A DNA stretch of 64,000 bases from Azolla caroliniana (taxonomy: Eukaryota > Plantae > Polypodiophyta), in assembly GCA_043228905.1 (NCBI GenBank), contig JBHGNT010000014.1:20770001-20834000 (forward strand). Direction: 5' to 3'. A model generated the notes under the pieces. The model had not been told where the DNA came from and did no database searches. It was given only the letters and a program-made list of their open reading frames with translations. A program made the position numbers and the translations under genes. Position 1 is the first letter of the stretch. Every line of letters begins with the position of its first letter. Below are positions 11,754 to 28,884 of the stretch, piece after piece.

Positions 11754-12400
11754 TGTATGTATATTATAGTGTTGGGCAAAGGTTGAATTGGGAGTCGGGA
11801 CTTTTGCCGGCCGGCGGCAACCATTATTGATAGCCGGAATCGATTCCGGCTAGGATTTCCGACCAATTGGAATCTAGCCGGATGAGCCGGATATTTCTAT
11901 AGTATATGAAAATATTTATATTGTATATTTCTTCCAATGGTTCATTCCCAAATTCCCCCCTCTTTCTATTTCCCCCTGTTTTCTCTTTTCTTGCTTCCTT
12001 CTTCACGCTTCTTGTTCCTTCTTCACGCTCTGCCCGTTGCTTTCCTTCATCGCGACTCCCTGTTCCTTGGTTGTTACCCATTGCTCCCGGCTTGCTCACT
12101 ACTCATTCCTCCTTGTTGCTTCTTGGTGATTGCACGACATCTGTTGTTTGCCACTACACCACTCTGAAGTATGTATTTTGTCTCTTTTTTTCTCTCTCTC
12201 TATTTTCTTTGTTTTTCTCTTTTATTGAATCTTTTTTCTTTGAAGATTGCTCATGAGAAGCATGTATGACAAAGTGGAATACATTTTCTTTTATTCCCAC
12301 AAAAATCTACAATAGGAGAAGGACTAAGCAATTAGAGTGATTAGTTACATATATTTGTCCAATATGGACTTATTGAAAGCCATAAAAAGCATGGAGGAGG
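11543..12400 (+). mobile_element. hAT DNA transposon remnants
   Basis: hAT-like termini CAGGGCAGGAATT (11543) and TAGTGTTGGG (~11767) with subterminal short repeats (cccgtca, ccgg). At ~12270-12390, KWNTFSFIPTKIYNRRRTKQLE*LV resembles the hAT C-terminal dimerisation motif NWS.F..IH.K.RNRL...LE.LV. Confidence 0.5.
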
Positions 12401-13006
12401 TGAGATAGGTCTGATTGTTGATTGGATGAACTATTAATATGCACAAGTGATGCTAGAGGAATTTTAGGATACTCTAGGAGGTATTTTGAAAATTGGCGGT
12501 TAATTTGGTCTATTGAATCTTAATATTGGGGATATTTTGATTCTTAGAATTAGTGATCAGATTTTTTGTATTTATTGTATTGTATGCTATAAGTCATCGA
12601 GTACAATAAGCACATCTTATTGTCACACATCACACATCATACGAGTACATATTGTATTGTATGAGTTAACAAAACTTTGATAGAGAACAAATATCTTGTA
12701 AATGGTATGCTCATTGGCCATATGAGCTTAGCGAAGAGGCTTATGACACTAATGCATGAGTAGTTGGGAACAATATGTACATGAGCATGCATGCAAGGAA
12801 ATTTATATGCAATATCCAAAATTCTTAGGTTATGCATGTAAATTGAAGAAGGCATTGTATGTATTACCAACAACGAACATCAAGTGCTTAATTACGCATG
12901 GATTTGAAATATCGAAGTTTGTGTATATGCTAGTTAGTACAATGGAATCATTCTCATTGTGAATTGTGCGGATGTTTATATCCTTGAATTTTTCCTATTA
13001 AATTAA

Positions 13007-13860
13007 TGGGCTTGGTTCTCTTTGTCCAAAAATGAAAATGTGTCTATTTCTCTCTAGTTTGATCTTGTCGGCCGTCGGCCATCTCGGCCTCTTTGAAAGA
13101 CATTAATATCTCTCTCTCTCTTTCACATAGAGTGTGTTTACTACAAAGTAGTAACTCTCTTCCACATCTAGAGTTTTAACTTTTTACTCCATGCCACACC
13201 AAATATTTCATATATCTATTTGTACAACTCTAGAGAAATTACGAGAAATGTTAAATACTCATGTTTCTTAAAATATTCAAGCATTCATCATTTTGAAAGG
13301 GCGAGTTACCAACGCAGTTATTTGGTACATTATGGGTTGCATAAAAATACAAAATAAATCTTGATTATAGTAGATAGTTAACCTATATAATTTTCCAGAT
13401 GCCAATGGATATGTCCCCATCCCCCCGGAACTAACATATGAAACTCTTAGTATTAAAAGCATGGGCTTGGTTATCCTTGTCCAAAAATGAAAAGGTGAGT
13501 GTCTTTCTCTCTAGTTTGGTCTTGTAGGCCATCTTTGACTCTTTGAAAGACATTAATATATCTCCCTCTCTTCCACATAGAGAGTGTTTAGTACAAAGTA
13601 GTAACGCTGTGCCACATACAAAGTTTTTAATACATGCCACACCAAATAATTCCTATATGTATTTGTACACTTATAGAGAAATTATATAAGGAAATGTTAA
13701 AATTTTGACTTTGGGAGCTCATGTTTCTTAGAATATTCAAGCAATCATCATTTTGAAAGAGCAAATAAATCTTGAAGATGGTAGACAGTTATCTATACAA
13801 GATGTCTATGGATATGTCCCCATCCCTCGCAACAAAAATATGGAACTCTTAGTATTCAAT
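13007..13860. repeat. Degenerate tandem duplication, ~450-bp unit, 2 copies
   Basis: tgggcttggtt..ttgtccaaaaatgaaaa occurs at ~13007 and ~13462. Shared downstream text (ctctttgaaagacattaatat, atgccacaccaaat, atggatatgtccccatccc) is present in both copies. Confidence 0.85.
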
Positions 13861-15099
13861 GGATGGCACAGTATGTAAAGCAAGTTATAAATGGCCCCAA
13901 TACAATGTAACTTGGGGCCAGTTCCTGCATAGCAGCAATAAACATATATACATACATATACATATATATATATATATATATATATGTCGATCCTATGCAG
14001 GAACGGCAGTAAATTCCTTGACACTACTATAATGCCCTAAAATACAAATTAACAAACCATGATTATGCTCATACTTGATACCTCCTGATGATAAACGGCC
14101 GATTCATACTTACAACCTTGGGGGGAGCCAGATCCTTAGTAATCGAATGTGCTGAAGTTGTAGACTAGAGCAGATTAGAGTAGAAGAGCACGCCAGCGAG
14201 TGATTGTGAAGCCGCGAGGTCATCCGCAACTCATAGAAGAAGCAGGTATCATGGCAGCTCGATCTCCTGGACGAGGTCTACAATAGATCATCACAAAAGG
14301 GCATGAATAAGATCAGAATCAGTGTGTCAGTATATGTAGGCTGGGTGATTCTGATGTTAAGAATTTGCCTCATTGTTGTTTGATGATCCTTTGCAGACAT
14401 CAGGCAGGAGCTGGAGGGGCCACGATACGTGCTGCTACTCTTGTATATGGTCGACAGTACCATGGGTGTGGTGTGTCTAGACTCTAAATAGGAGCAGATG
14501 CAGATACATACATTATACATACAGACATACATGGGCACACGAGAAGAGTGACCCCTTGGGCATGCAAGAATATTGCCTTTTCGATCCCATCCCACACAAT
14601 AAATAAATAATGTCTCCATTACCCCCTTCCCACATCTTTTTCCTTCACACTATCTCTACTTCTTCTACTAGGTGCTAATCCTTACCACCTCATCACGAGG
14701 TCATCCATCCTATCCCCCCTTTGTCGTCCAACCTTTACATGCAAAAGAATCTCTTTTTTGGGTGCACCAATTCCTCTTCCCCATCCAATCTGTTGATTGC
14801 TCTCTGAAAACGTCTACTATATCTAACTCACGCCTCATAATTGTGGTATGTTACATGTTGCTTCATGAGACGTGTATCATGTAATATATATATGTATATA
14901 TATATATATATATTGGGGCATGCCTTTGATATTGTTAAAGTTAAAAGTTAAAGTTTCCTGGATAGTAATATAAAAAATGTAGCCCCACTTGGTCGCTTCC
15001 TCTTTGGGTTCGAACGTTGATAAAAACAAATCACCATGTGTATTGCAATTTGACTTTGTGATGCGCAATAAATTAGCCATTCTATGAAAATTTCACATA

Positions 15100-15500
15100 A
15101 ACTATCCAAATATTAGAAAACGTGTGCACCGAAATTATGGTGGCAATAGAAATCTCTCGAGTTGAAAAGAGTAAGATATCATGCAACTTTGTGGGTCCTA
15201 CACAAGAGTTGTTAGATATGACAAAATCTATTAAGTTGAATGGATAACCGAAAGAAGAAGATGATGTGAAGTCACAATCCCCTTTTTCTATGGAAAGGGG
15301 GATTGGCTGAACAACACCATGTTGGTTGTTGCGACCCGAGAAACTAAGGAGCTACATGGTGCTTGCCTAAATGTAAAGGTGACAATAAGAGATGTGGATA
15401 TTGACCAACATTTCTTCATGCAAGAGACATCCTCTAACCCATCATATTGGGAGAGCCATATATTACAACAAATTGTATGGAGATAGGCAATGATGGCACA
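15100..15500 (+). pseudogene. Degenerate Ty3/gypsy protease-region remnant
   Basis: ELHGACLNVKVTIRDVDIDQHFFMQET resembles the C-terminal half of a retrotransposon aspartic protease. Short and decayed. Confidence 0.4.
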
Positions 15501-15529
15501 TTGCAATCTAGCCCGACTGGAATGTTTCC

Positions 15530-16046
15530 TGTAAAAGGAAATGTGTTGAAGCGCATGTGACACACTGAGTACACAGTCGGTTATCCGGAAGTACAACAGT
15601 TAGGAAAGCACAGAGAATGGAGATACATAGTATGAGAGAGAGACTAAGCGAGCAGACAACAAAACTTCGATTATCAAAATAATCAACACTTTATACATGG
15701 AATGTGCTTAGTGAGCACTATTTATACAAGTCTTAAAAAAGACTGACAGAAGTACTGACAAGTACTTCAATGCTCTTAAAAGAACCTCCAACACTAACTG
15801 CCTATACTAGGCCTATTTACTAGAATAGGTCTAATAAGCACGTGTGACGTTTCGGATCGGCTTCCACGGTCGCTCCGTCATCCGGATCCGGTATCCGGCT
15901 TCTTCAGCTGATCCGGCATCTGGTCCAGAACCTAGGCTGGAGCTTAGGCTTATAGCCTAAGTAGGCCTAGCCAACTGGATCGATTCCAATCTGGCCTAAC
16001 TGATGTTGCAGCCGGTCCGGCCCATGTTGAGCTTGCTCGCTCAACA
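15530..16046. mobile_element. Solo LTR (517 bp) with a perfect 5-bp TSD
   Basis: TGTAAAAGG...TCAACA flanked on both sides by TTTCC (15525-15529 and 16047-16051). Confidence 0.85.
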
Positions 16047-16199
16047 TTTCCTGATTGGAATGAACAATTCATGTGCCTTCTTCTAAGCTTTTGTATACTT
16101 GGTTTTTTGTTTCATAAAAGAATCTCATGTACATTCATCAAGAGAGATTTTTTCAATAGGTTCGAAGCTTTAAATATCTTGGTATTGATGTACTTGCAA

Positions 16200-16400
16200 C
16201 AAATAAATGGAGTGCATGCTTTGATTATAAGGCTCCAAGCCGGTTGGAAATCGTATTATCTTTTCGAGAACCAATGCAACCAAAGTGATACTTGTGGATG
16301 GGAAGTAAAACTAATGTTGTTCAATGCCATCGTAACTCATGTATTGCTTTATGGAGTAGAAGTATGGGGTGACACCATCTCTCTTAATGCATGGAATGGC
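16200..16400 (+). mobile_element. Non-LTR retrotransposon (LINE) RT thumb-region fragment
   Basis: RLQAGWKSYYLFENQC...KLMLFNAIVTHVLLYGVEVWG. LF...V...LLYG.EVW is a typical post-RT motif of RTE/CR1-group LINEs. Confidence 0.7.
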
Positions 16401-17929
16401 TATGTAGAAGTATGAGATAGCCATGAACAACGGTGTCGAGGCAAAGGTGGCTATGGACGAGTCGATGGTGTATGATGGTGTTGAGTCTTCCTCCCCAAAG
16501 GTGGTCGCCTAAGGACCTAAAGATGAGCATGTACTTTAAGAAAAGGCTACATGGCGTAGTCAACGTCGACGTTCGAATGGGGATTTGTGAAGTCAAGGAT
16601 GTAATGGGAAAAAAAGAAGGGTGGAAGTGCTTTGACCAAGGGGATGGTCGGAATGAAGGTGGCACATGCAAGGGTTATTCTTGGGAGAAGCGAAAGAGGC
16701 CACAACATCTAGTTGTGGTAAAAAGTACGGACGAAGAATATGGTGGATTGGATGGTGACGGTGGTTCGGGTGGAAAGAATGGACAAGTTCAAAGTGGAGG
16801 AACAAAGACAACGCATGCAAGGTGCAAGGAACGAAGGACTCAAAGGTTAACTACCTTTGACCCTGCCAATCACACTCTTTTCATGGCACATGCAAGAGAA
16901 TATGCGATTTGGTGGGGGTGGATGTCATGATGCAGCATGGCCAAAGGAGGAAAATGAGAAAAAGTGAGGTTTCACACAAATTACAAAAATATTATGTATA
17001 TATGAAAAGAAATAAATAATAAATAAGTATGTATGATCTAGTTGTTAGGACCATTAATTGTGTATAAAAAAGTGTAGAGTTCAAATCTTGCCAACGTGAA
17101 TTACGAGGCATTTTGATCTTCCCTTAACTTTTTGAGAGAAGGGATTAAATAGTCGATGCATTTAATGTTGAGAGAGGCGCCTCTTTTCTTCTATAAAAGG
17201 GGGAGAAGAGGGCTTATTTGGGGTCGGACATTTTGGGGTTTCGAGGTAGACCATTAGGTTTTTGGGTTCATCTTCCTTTCTTTTCTTTTCTAGGGCTGGT
17301 GGTCCTTCGTCCTGAGTTGGAGGTGTGTCGTTAGGGTTTCCCTAGTTTCTTTTCTTCTACTTCATCATGGGTTTACGGTTAATGAGTTCTTCCCTCATCT
17401 TCCTCTAGGTTGGGATTTATGGTTCGTACTTCTACTCCTTTTCTCCTCACCATACTAGGGTTTCTACTTTTACTTCTTCTTCTTCTTTTTCTTTCCTTCT
17501 TTCTTTTTGGTTTCTTGGGGTGCTTGATCTCTCTCACTCTCTCTCACACCCTCTCCTCTTTGAGGTATGTCTGCGTCCTTGTGTTGGTGTTGGTGCTCGA
17601 AGTGATTGGGTCGTTTGCGGTGCTCGTGAGACTAAGACTCATTTGGTTCAGTGTTGCTCCCCTATTTGTCATTGTGAGTCCGTGTGCTAGTTGTTCAGGT
17701 GGCATGGTCATGGTTTGTTGGGATCGGTGTTTTCGTGGTGTGACCGTGCTCGTGTGCTCGTAGGTGTAGAGATCATGTGCTCGCTTAGCAATCATGGTCA
17801 TCATCAGAAGCACCATCTACCTCCCTATCTCTTGCCCTATTATTGTTTTCGTGTAGTTGAGCTTGAATAAATACGCGGTGGCCTTGAGCCTTTCATAAAA
17901 AAATATTTTTGGGTGTATGATGTGGTGCC

Positions 17930-18300
17930 TCTTCCCTTGTGTGGTCTTGTCCCCTTCTTGTTGTTCATTCAGACATCTTGTGACGAGGGAGAGTTTCGGG
18001 CATGCCCATCCACCTCTCCTCCTCACAAAGGTGTATGGGCATTTGTTATTGTGTTCTCGTCCCCTTCCTTGTACATTCAACCGTCTTGTGATGAGGGAGC
18101 GTTTCGGGCATCCCATGCACCTCTCCTCCTCATAAAGGTGTACAGGCATTCATGTTTGTGTTCTCACCCCTGTCGTTGTACGTTCGGCCTTCTTGTGATG
18201 AGGGAGCGTTTCAGGTGTGCCCATGCACTTCTCCTCCTCATAAAGCCGTACGGACATTCGTGAATGTGTGTTCTTCCTTTCCTTGTGCGTTCATCTTGTG
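17930..18300. repeat. Tandem repeat, ~107-108 bp unit, about 3 copies, inside an LTR-like segment (~17043-18507)
   Basis: tcttgtga[c/t]gagggag recurs at 17976, 18084 and 18191, each followed by ...ctctcctcctca[c/t]aaag. Confidence 0.85.
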
Positions 18301-18529
18301 TGCTCGTCTTTACTTGTGTACCCGTTCGTTCACTTGTGTGATGAGCTTGAAAGCTTGACGAGTCATGCTCATCGAAAGCCACTGACTCCACAAAGGGGCA
18401 ACAAGCCCTTGCTTAGGAAGTAGTCTTCGTTGACAAGCAAACCTCAGCTCTTCTCCATCCCTTTGTACTCCCTAGTCCGAGACCCCTGTGGTCCTACCCA
18501 AGTAACACACACACGTGAAACTTTGCGAC

Positions 18530-19195
18530 ACCAATTGGGTTGTTGACATAAGGAAATGGTTTAGAAGATGGAGTGTAGATGATCTTTTAGAGCTTTCGGG
18601 GGATGTTATGCATTATGTAATGATTGAGGAAAGGTTGTTGGAATCATTAACGATGAAGTGAGAAGATGCTAAGAGGACAAAGCTAGAATACTACATTGCA
18701 AATGTCAACCCTAAATGTTGGTCTTATTATAAAGCAAGAATGTCTACTGATCGTATCCAACCTTATCTCATTACCAATATGAGTTGTAATGTTTGTAGAT
18801 CCCTTACACTACTTTGCACTCAATCTCACAACTTAAGTATTGAAGTTGCATCATGGTAACAAAATGTAACGAATTTGAAGACATGTAAGAATGCAATGAA
18901 GGCATGGTAGAGGATGAATGTCACTTGCTCTTCACATGCTTGACCTATACTGCAATTCGTTCAAGATATGCTAACATACTAAGAGGGAGTGATAACTTAA
19001 GTGCCCTACTTAAGACACCACCTAGAAGGTTGAGCTCATATGTGTATGCTTTATTCCCACATAGAGACTTTGTGCTTCAATGTATTGAATACCCCTTCTT
19101 AGGAAGGAGACACATATCAAGAACACATGTGTACTCTGGTCAAAACTAGCCTATTAATGGATGATAAAAATTATAATTCTACTTCTAATTCTAAT
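18530..19195 (+). mobile_element. LINE 3' end with CCHC zinc finger and (TTCTAA)-type tail
   Basis: NWVVDIRKWFRRW, then SHNLSIE, then C..C...VEDECHLLFTC..Y..IRSRY. The 3'UTR ends ggatgataaaaattataattctacttctaattctaat. Confidence 0.75.
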
Positions 19196-19523
19196 GGGAG
19201 CCAAGACAAGAAGAATTCAATCTAGTTCCTAATGATCATGCCAAATCATGAATGTAACAAGGAATCTGTCAAAGGTGAAATACGCGTGCGCCCAAAAATT
19301 TCAAATAGAAAGTGAGATTTTCCGAAAATTAGAAGTGTAAATTCTCTGAAGTAGGGTGTAAAATTAAGGAGAGGGTAAAGAGTTTTGAAAGCTCTCTAAA
19401 ACAATGTAGTATATTGGAAGACCAAGATGCCATAGTTGATGCCATGGAGGTGACTTGTTTAAACTGCTCCAGGTGGTCATAAGCGTCTCCATACCCTAAG
19501 AATCGTGGAACATGTGTTTTTTC

Positions 19524-23700
<4,177 letters not shown>

Positions 23701-24153
23701 TTGCCAATCAAACAAGAAGGCATGGATGAAGAGAAGTGTGCACTCGGCCTTCGACCATTTAACAATACAAGCCTTTGTCACAGGCTTGAGAGAGAGGAAC
23801 CGACACTGCAACGGAAATGTCAACGCTGAAAGCCAAACAAAAGCCAACACCAAAAGCCAATCGGATGTCGGATTATGTATACTTGAGCTTGAGGGGTGTG
23901 TTGAGATATCACGCTCAACTAAGCTTAGACATTTAATTAACCACGTAACTTAGTTACAATTACCTAGATAGAATCTAATTAGAAGTGTTGACTATAAAGC
24001 CTTAAATAGGATTTTGTACTTAATGGGATACATTCTAGATCTTCAACTCCCAAGTACATTTAATATAGAACTTGCACCTTTGTACCTATATTCTCCTCAC
24101 ACATGTGCACCCTTGCACATGAGTTCTATATATACCTCATTGTGGGTATTTTT

Positions 24154-24770
24154 TGTTGGGATTACGGTCCCTCCGGATGGGATGGTCGGATGTCCGGGAA
24201 TCGGGATGAAGACCCGGTTCCGGATCCGGATGATGAAGACCCGGTTCCGGATCCGGATGATGAAGACCCCGGCTACGGAGCCGGATGATGAATGTACCCG
24301 GAGCGAGATCCGGATGCGGGGACATATTTGTGAATATGTTTGCCAAGGGCCCTTGAGGCTATATTTGTAAATAGCCCGAAAGTCATATGTGTATAAATAT
24401 GACTTAGGGCAAACAGTTTTGTTGTTGTTGCTTATTTTTCTGTTTTCCACTTAGAGGGAGCGAAGTGAGAGCAGCCGAGAGAGAGAGTGAGAGAGAGAGA
24501 AAGGAAGAGGTCGACGCCTCTGTGTAATATCGCCGCCTGTGGCGAGGACAGCGAGCTCAAGGTCATCGCCTTGCAGCTCGCCATTGTACATTCCCTGCGT
24601 ATAGTGATAGTTGGAGTCTTGCACTCCCGTGGTTTTTCCCGTCTAGGGTTTTCCACGCTAAACCCTGTGCATTCGAGTCTCTCTCTGTGTTTTCGATTTA
24701 CTGCTGCATTGACTCGTGTGTCCTCGGTTGTGGCCGAGAGGTGAAGGTTTGAAAGCGTCGATTTCTAACA
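24154..24770 (+). repeat. 5' LTR (617 bp)
   Basis: TGTTGGGATT...TTCTAACA, a direct repeat of 28885-29531. Confidence 0.97.
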
Positions 24771-24801
24771 ATCTGGTATCAGAGCGACTGCAGTGCAGAA
24801 A

Positions 24802-27800
24802 ATGGAAGGCGGCAGCAGCGGGCAGCCGGGGATGATGGTGCTGAATGCGCAGAACTACGCCGACTGGAAGATAAAGATGGAGGATCTGCTCATTGTTCGG
24901 GACCTATATGAACCGATCGACAGGTCGGAAATACCCTAGGGGGTACTTGAGACGGAATGGAGGCTTCTGAACCGGAAAGCCGTTGCAACCATTCGCCAAT
25001 ACGTCGACGTGAGCGTTCTACAACATGTGGCGAACGACACCAACGCATATGAGATGTGGCAGAAGCTGTCGGGCCTCTACGAGAGGAAGAATGCGTTGAA
25101 CCGGACCTCCCTGATGAGGAAGATAGTGAACCTCAAGTACCGGAACGGCGAGAGTATGGTGGAACATGTAAGCACGTTCATGGGATTCGTGAACCAGCTT
25201 GCGGCGATCAAGTTCCCGTTGGAGGATGCAATGCAAGCCATCATGCTTATGTGTACATTGCCGGAAAGCTGGGAGAACTTGGTGGTGACTCTCAGCACCT
25301 CCTGCACCGAAGATAACTTGTCCCTACAAACGGTAAAGACAAGCATTTTGAACGAAGAAGCGCGTCGGAGAGATAAAGAACCGGCCTCCGATCCGAAGAT
25401 GCTGCTTGCCGAATCGGATCGGGGAAGACAACGGAACCGGAGTCCGCAAAGACGGGAGAAGTCGGGGACCCGGTCGCAGTCAAGAGGAAGGCCCACATGC
25501 TTCCACTGTGGGAAGCCGGGGCACTTCCGAAAGAATTGTCGGCATTACCGAAAAGACAACGGAGCCGACGACACCGATTCGAAGAAGTCTTCGGAACGGA
25601 ACGGTGCTTACCGGGGAGCCACGGACCGGAATGGTTCGGATCGGCGAGGGCAGGACCGGAAAGGAACGACGGCACTCGCGGCAAGTGAAGAGGAGATCAT
25701 GCTCATCACCGAAGAAGGTGAACTAAACATTGCCGGCGATGAGACTACCTGGGTGGTCGATTCCGGAGCGTTGTTCCACCTGACCCCGGAAAGAAGATAC
25801 TTCTCATCCTACACAGCCGGTGAGCATGGCTGTGTTCGGATGGGAAATGAAGGTACGTGCCAGATTGCCGGCATAGGAGACGTGTGGTTGACAACCTCGA
25901 CCGGATGCAAAATGTTGCTGAAGGATGTCCGACACGTTCCGGAGGTTCGATTGAACCTGATTTCGGCCGGGAGGCTAGACGATGAAGGCTACACAGGTAG
26001 CATCCGGAACTGCATAATGAAGTTCAGCAAGGGGAGCCTGATAGTGGCTCGGGCCCGGAAAGTCAACACACTGTACCTTATGAATGCCTGGTTGTGTCCG
26101 GAGGAGTTGAACGTGGCAGCCGACACTGCCGGTGAGCTGTGGCACAAGAGACTGTGCCACATGAGTGAGAAGGGGATGAAGAGGCTTGCAGAAGACAACC
26201 TTATTCCAGTGAAGCATGTGCACCTGGAGAAGTGCACCGATTGCCTGGCCGGTAAGCAGAACCGAACCTCCTTCCACTCAAGGCCACCGACGAGACGTAG
26301 CGCACCATTGGAGTTGGTGCACACTGACGTGTGTCAAGTAGAAACGAAGTCACATGGCGGAGCCCAGTACTTCGTGACATTCATTGCTGACCATAGTCGG
26401 AAGCTCTGGACGGCACCGTTGAAGACAAAGGACCAACTGTTGTGCGTCTTCAAAGAACTCCACGCGAGAGTGGAAAGGGAATCCGGCAAGAAGCTGAAAG
26501 CGTACGAGCGGATAACGGAGGGGAATACCGGGGGCAGTTCGAGGAGTACTGTCGCTCGAAGGGAATCCGGCTCGAGTTTACTGTGCCGAAGACACCGGAA
26601 CTGAACGGGCTGGCCGAGAGGATGAACCGGACCATAATGGAGAGGGTCCGGAGTATGCTGGCGCATGCGAAATTACCCAAGGGGTTTTGGGCTGAGGCAA
26701 TGTCGACGGCGACATACGTGATAAACAGATCACCCTCAGTACCTTTGGACGGAGACACGCCGCAGAGAGTGTGGACCGGTAGGGAAGTATCCTACCGGCA
26801 TCTGAAGGTGTTTGGGTGTCTCGCATATGTGCATGTGGCAAAGGACCGGAGAGGAAAGCTAGATCCAAAGACCCGGCCATGCATATTCCTCGGTTACGGC
26901 GATGACGAGTTCGGCTACCGAGTATGGGACCCGGTCGACAAAAAGATATTCCGGAGTCGTGATATCATCTTCATGGAGGACAAGACACTCGCCGACTGGG
27001 AGTCGGAGAAGAAGATGAAGAGCTCCAAGTCGACCGGTGAGGATAAACTCTACGAGGAGCAGTCCCGACCGGCAAGGGACCGGTTAGCACTCGAGGATCC
27101 GGCCGAAGACGGTGAAGAAACAGAACCGGCCGAGGAAGATGAAACTGATACCGGAACCGGCCCCGATCCCGAAATGGATTCGGATGAAGAGGAAACGGAG
27201 GAGCCGGTTACCGAAGCTCCGGAACGGAGATATCCTCTAAGAGAGAGAAGGGCCCCCCGGAGATTTCCGGAACCAGAGCACGTGCTGCTAACCGACGAGG
27301 GGGAGCCGGAGAGTCTTGAAGAAGCAAAGCTTGACACCCATAGCCGCAGGTGGTTAAGTGCCATGCAGGAGGAGATGGATTCCCTGCATGAGAACCACAC
27401 ATATGAACTTGTGGAGTTGCCGAAAGGAAAGCGGGCACTTCGAAACAAGTGGGTGTTCAAGCTGAAACCGGGAGATGCCGGAAACCCCCCGAGATACAAA
27501 GCCAGGATCGTGGTGAAAGGGTTCCAGCAGAAGAAGGGCGTCGACTTCGACGAGATATTTGCCCCGGTAGTGAAGATGACCTCCATCCGGACGGTGCTGA
27601 GCATAGCGGCAAGCATGGACCTCGAGGTAGAACAGATGGACGTGAAGACGGCATTCCTTCACGGTGACCTCGAAGAAGAGATCTACATGCAGCAACCGGA
27701 AGGATTCGAGAAGAAAGGGAAGGAGCACCTGGTATGCCGGTTGAAGAAGAGCCTTTACGGACTGAAGCAGGCTCCCCGGCAATGGTACCGGAAGTTCGAC

Positions 27801-28874
27801 TCTTTCATGACCGACGAAGGGTACCACAAAACGCAGTCCGATCACTGCGTGTTTGTGAAGAAGTTCGAAGGAGGAGACTTTCTAATACTCCTCCTGTACG
27901 TGGACGACATGTTGATCGTCGGACGGGACCAGGTCAAGATACGGATGCTGAAGAAAGCGCTTCACCGAACCTTCTCAATGAAGGACCTGGGTCCGGCGAG
28001 GCAAATACTAGGGATGCACATCATCCGGGACCGGAAGAAGAAGCAGTTGTGGCTGTCACAAGAGAAGTACGTGACAAAGGTGCTTCACCGGTTCAACATG
28101 TCGGAAGCAAGACCGGTCGGGTCAACCCTCCCGGCAAACTGCAAGTTGTCCAGCAAGCAAAGCCCCAAGACAAAGGCTGAGAAGGAGGACATGATGAAAG
28201 TACCATATGCCTCTACCGTCGGAAGCTTGATGTACGCAATGGTGTGTACAAGACCGGACATAGGATATGCAGTCGGAGTGGTGAGCCGGTACATGAGCAA
28301 TCCCGGCAAAGAGCACTAGAACGCGGCCAAGTGGATACTCCGATACCTGAAGGGCACAGCAAACGTGTGCCTTCGATTCGGCTCCGGTAAGCCCGAACTC
28401 GACGGCTTTACCGATTCGGATATGTCGGCTGATGCAGATACCAGCCGGTCCACATCAGGGTATGTGATGACGTATGCAGGGGGAGCTGTTTCGTGGCAGT
28501 CGAGGCTGCAGAAGACGGTTGCATTGTCAACCACGGAGGCGGAGTACATGGCGGCTGTTGAAGCCGGCAAGGAAATGATATGGATGAAGGACTTCATTAG
28601 AGAGCTCGGTATCCGGCAAGAGGAGTACCGACTCTACTGCGACAGTCAGAGTGCCATCCACCTTGCGAAGAACGCGGCCTATCACTCACGGACGAAGCAC
28701 ATCCAGCGAAGATATCACTGGATCCGGGAAAGGATAGAAGACCAGGAGTTCGTGCTGACGAAGATCCACACGGACGAGAACGGGTCAGATATGCTGACCA
28801 AAGTGCTCACACCCGACAAGCTGGAAGCGTGCCGGAAGAGGATCGAACTGGAAAGACATCCCATGCCGAAGTGA
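24802..28874 (+). pseudogene. Copia Gag-PR-IN-RT-RNaseH polyprotein
   Basis: ATG at 24802, knuckle CFHCGKPGHFRKNC, WVVDSGA, WHKRLCH, HTDV..RADNGGEY..NGLAERMNR, YVDD, GFTDSD. Premature TAG at 24937-24939, 1-nt frameshift at ~26502, TAG (probably from TGG) at 28317-28319. Confidence 0.95.
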
Positions 28875-28884
28875 AGGGGGAGTT

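Noticed and set aside
14022-14650. CACTA motif at 14022 as a transposon end (also 43141 and TAGTG at 62996-63000)
   Set aside because: No matching opposite TIR, 3-bp TSD or transposase motif could be identified.
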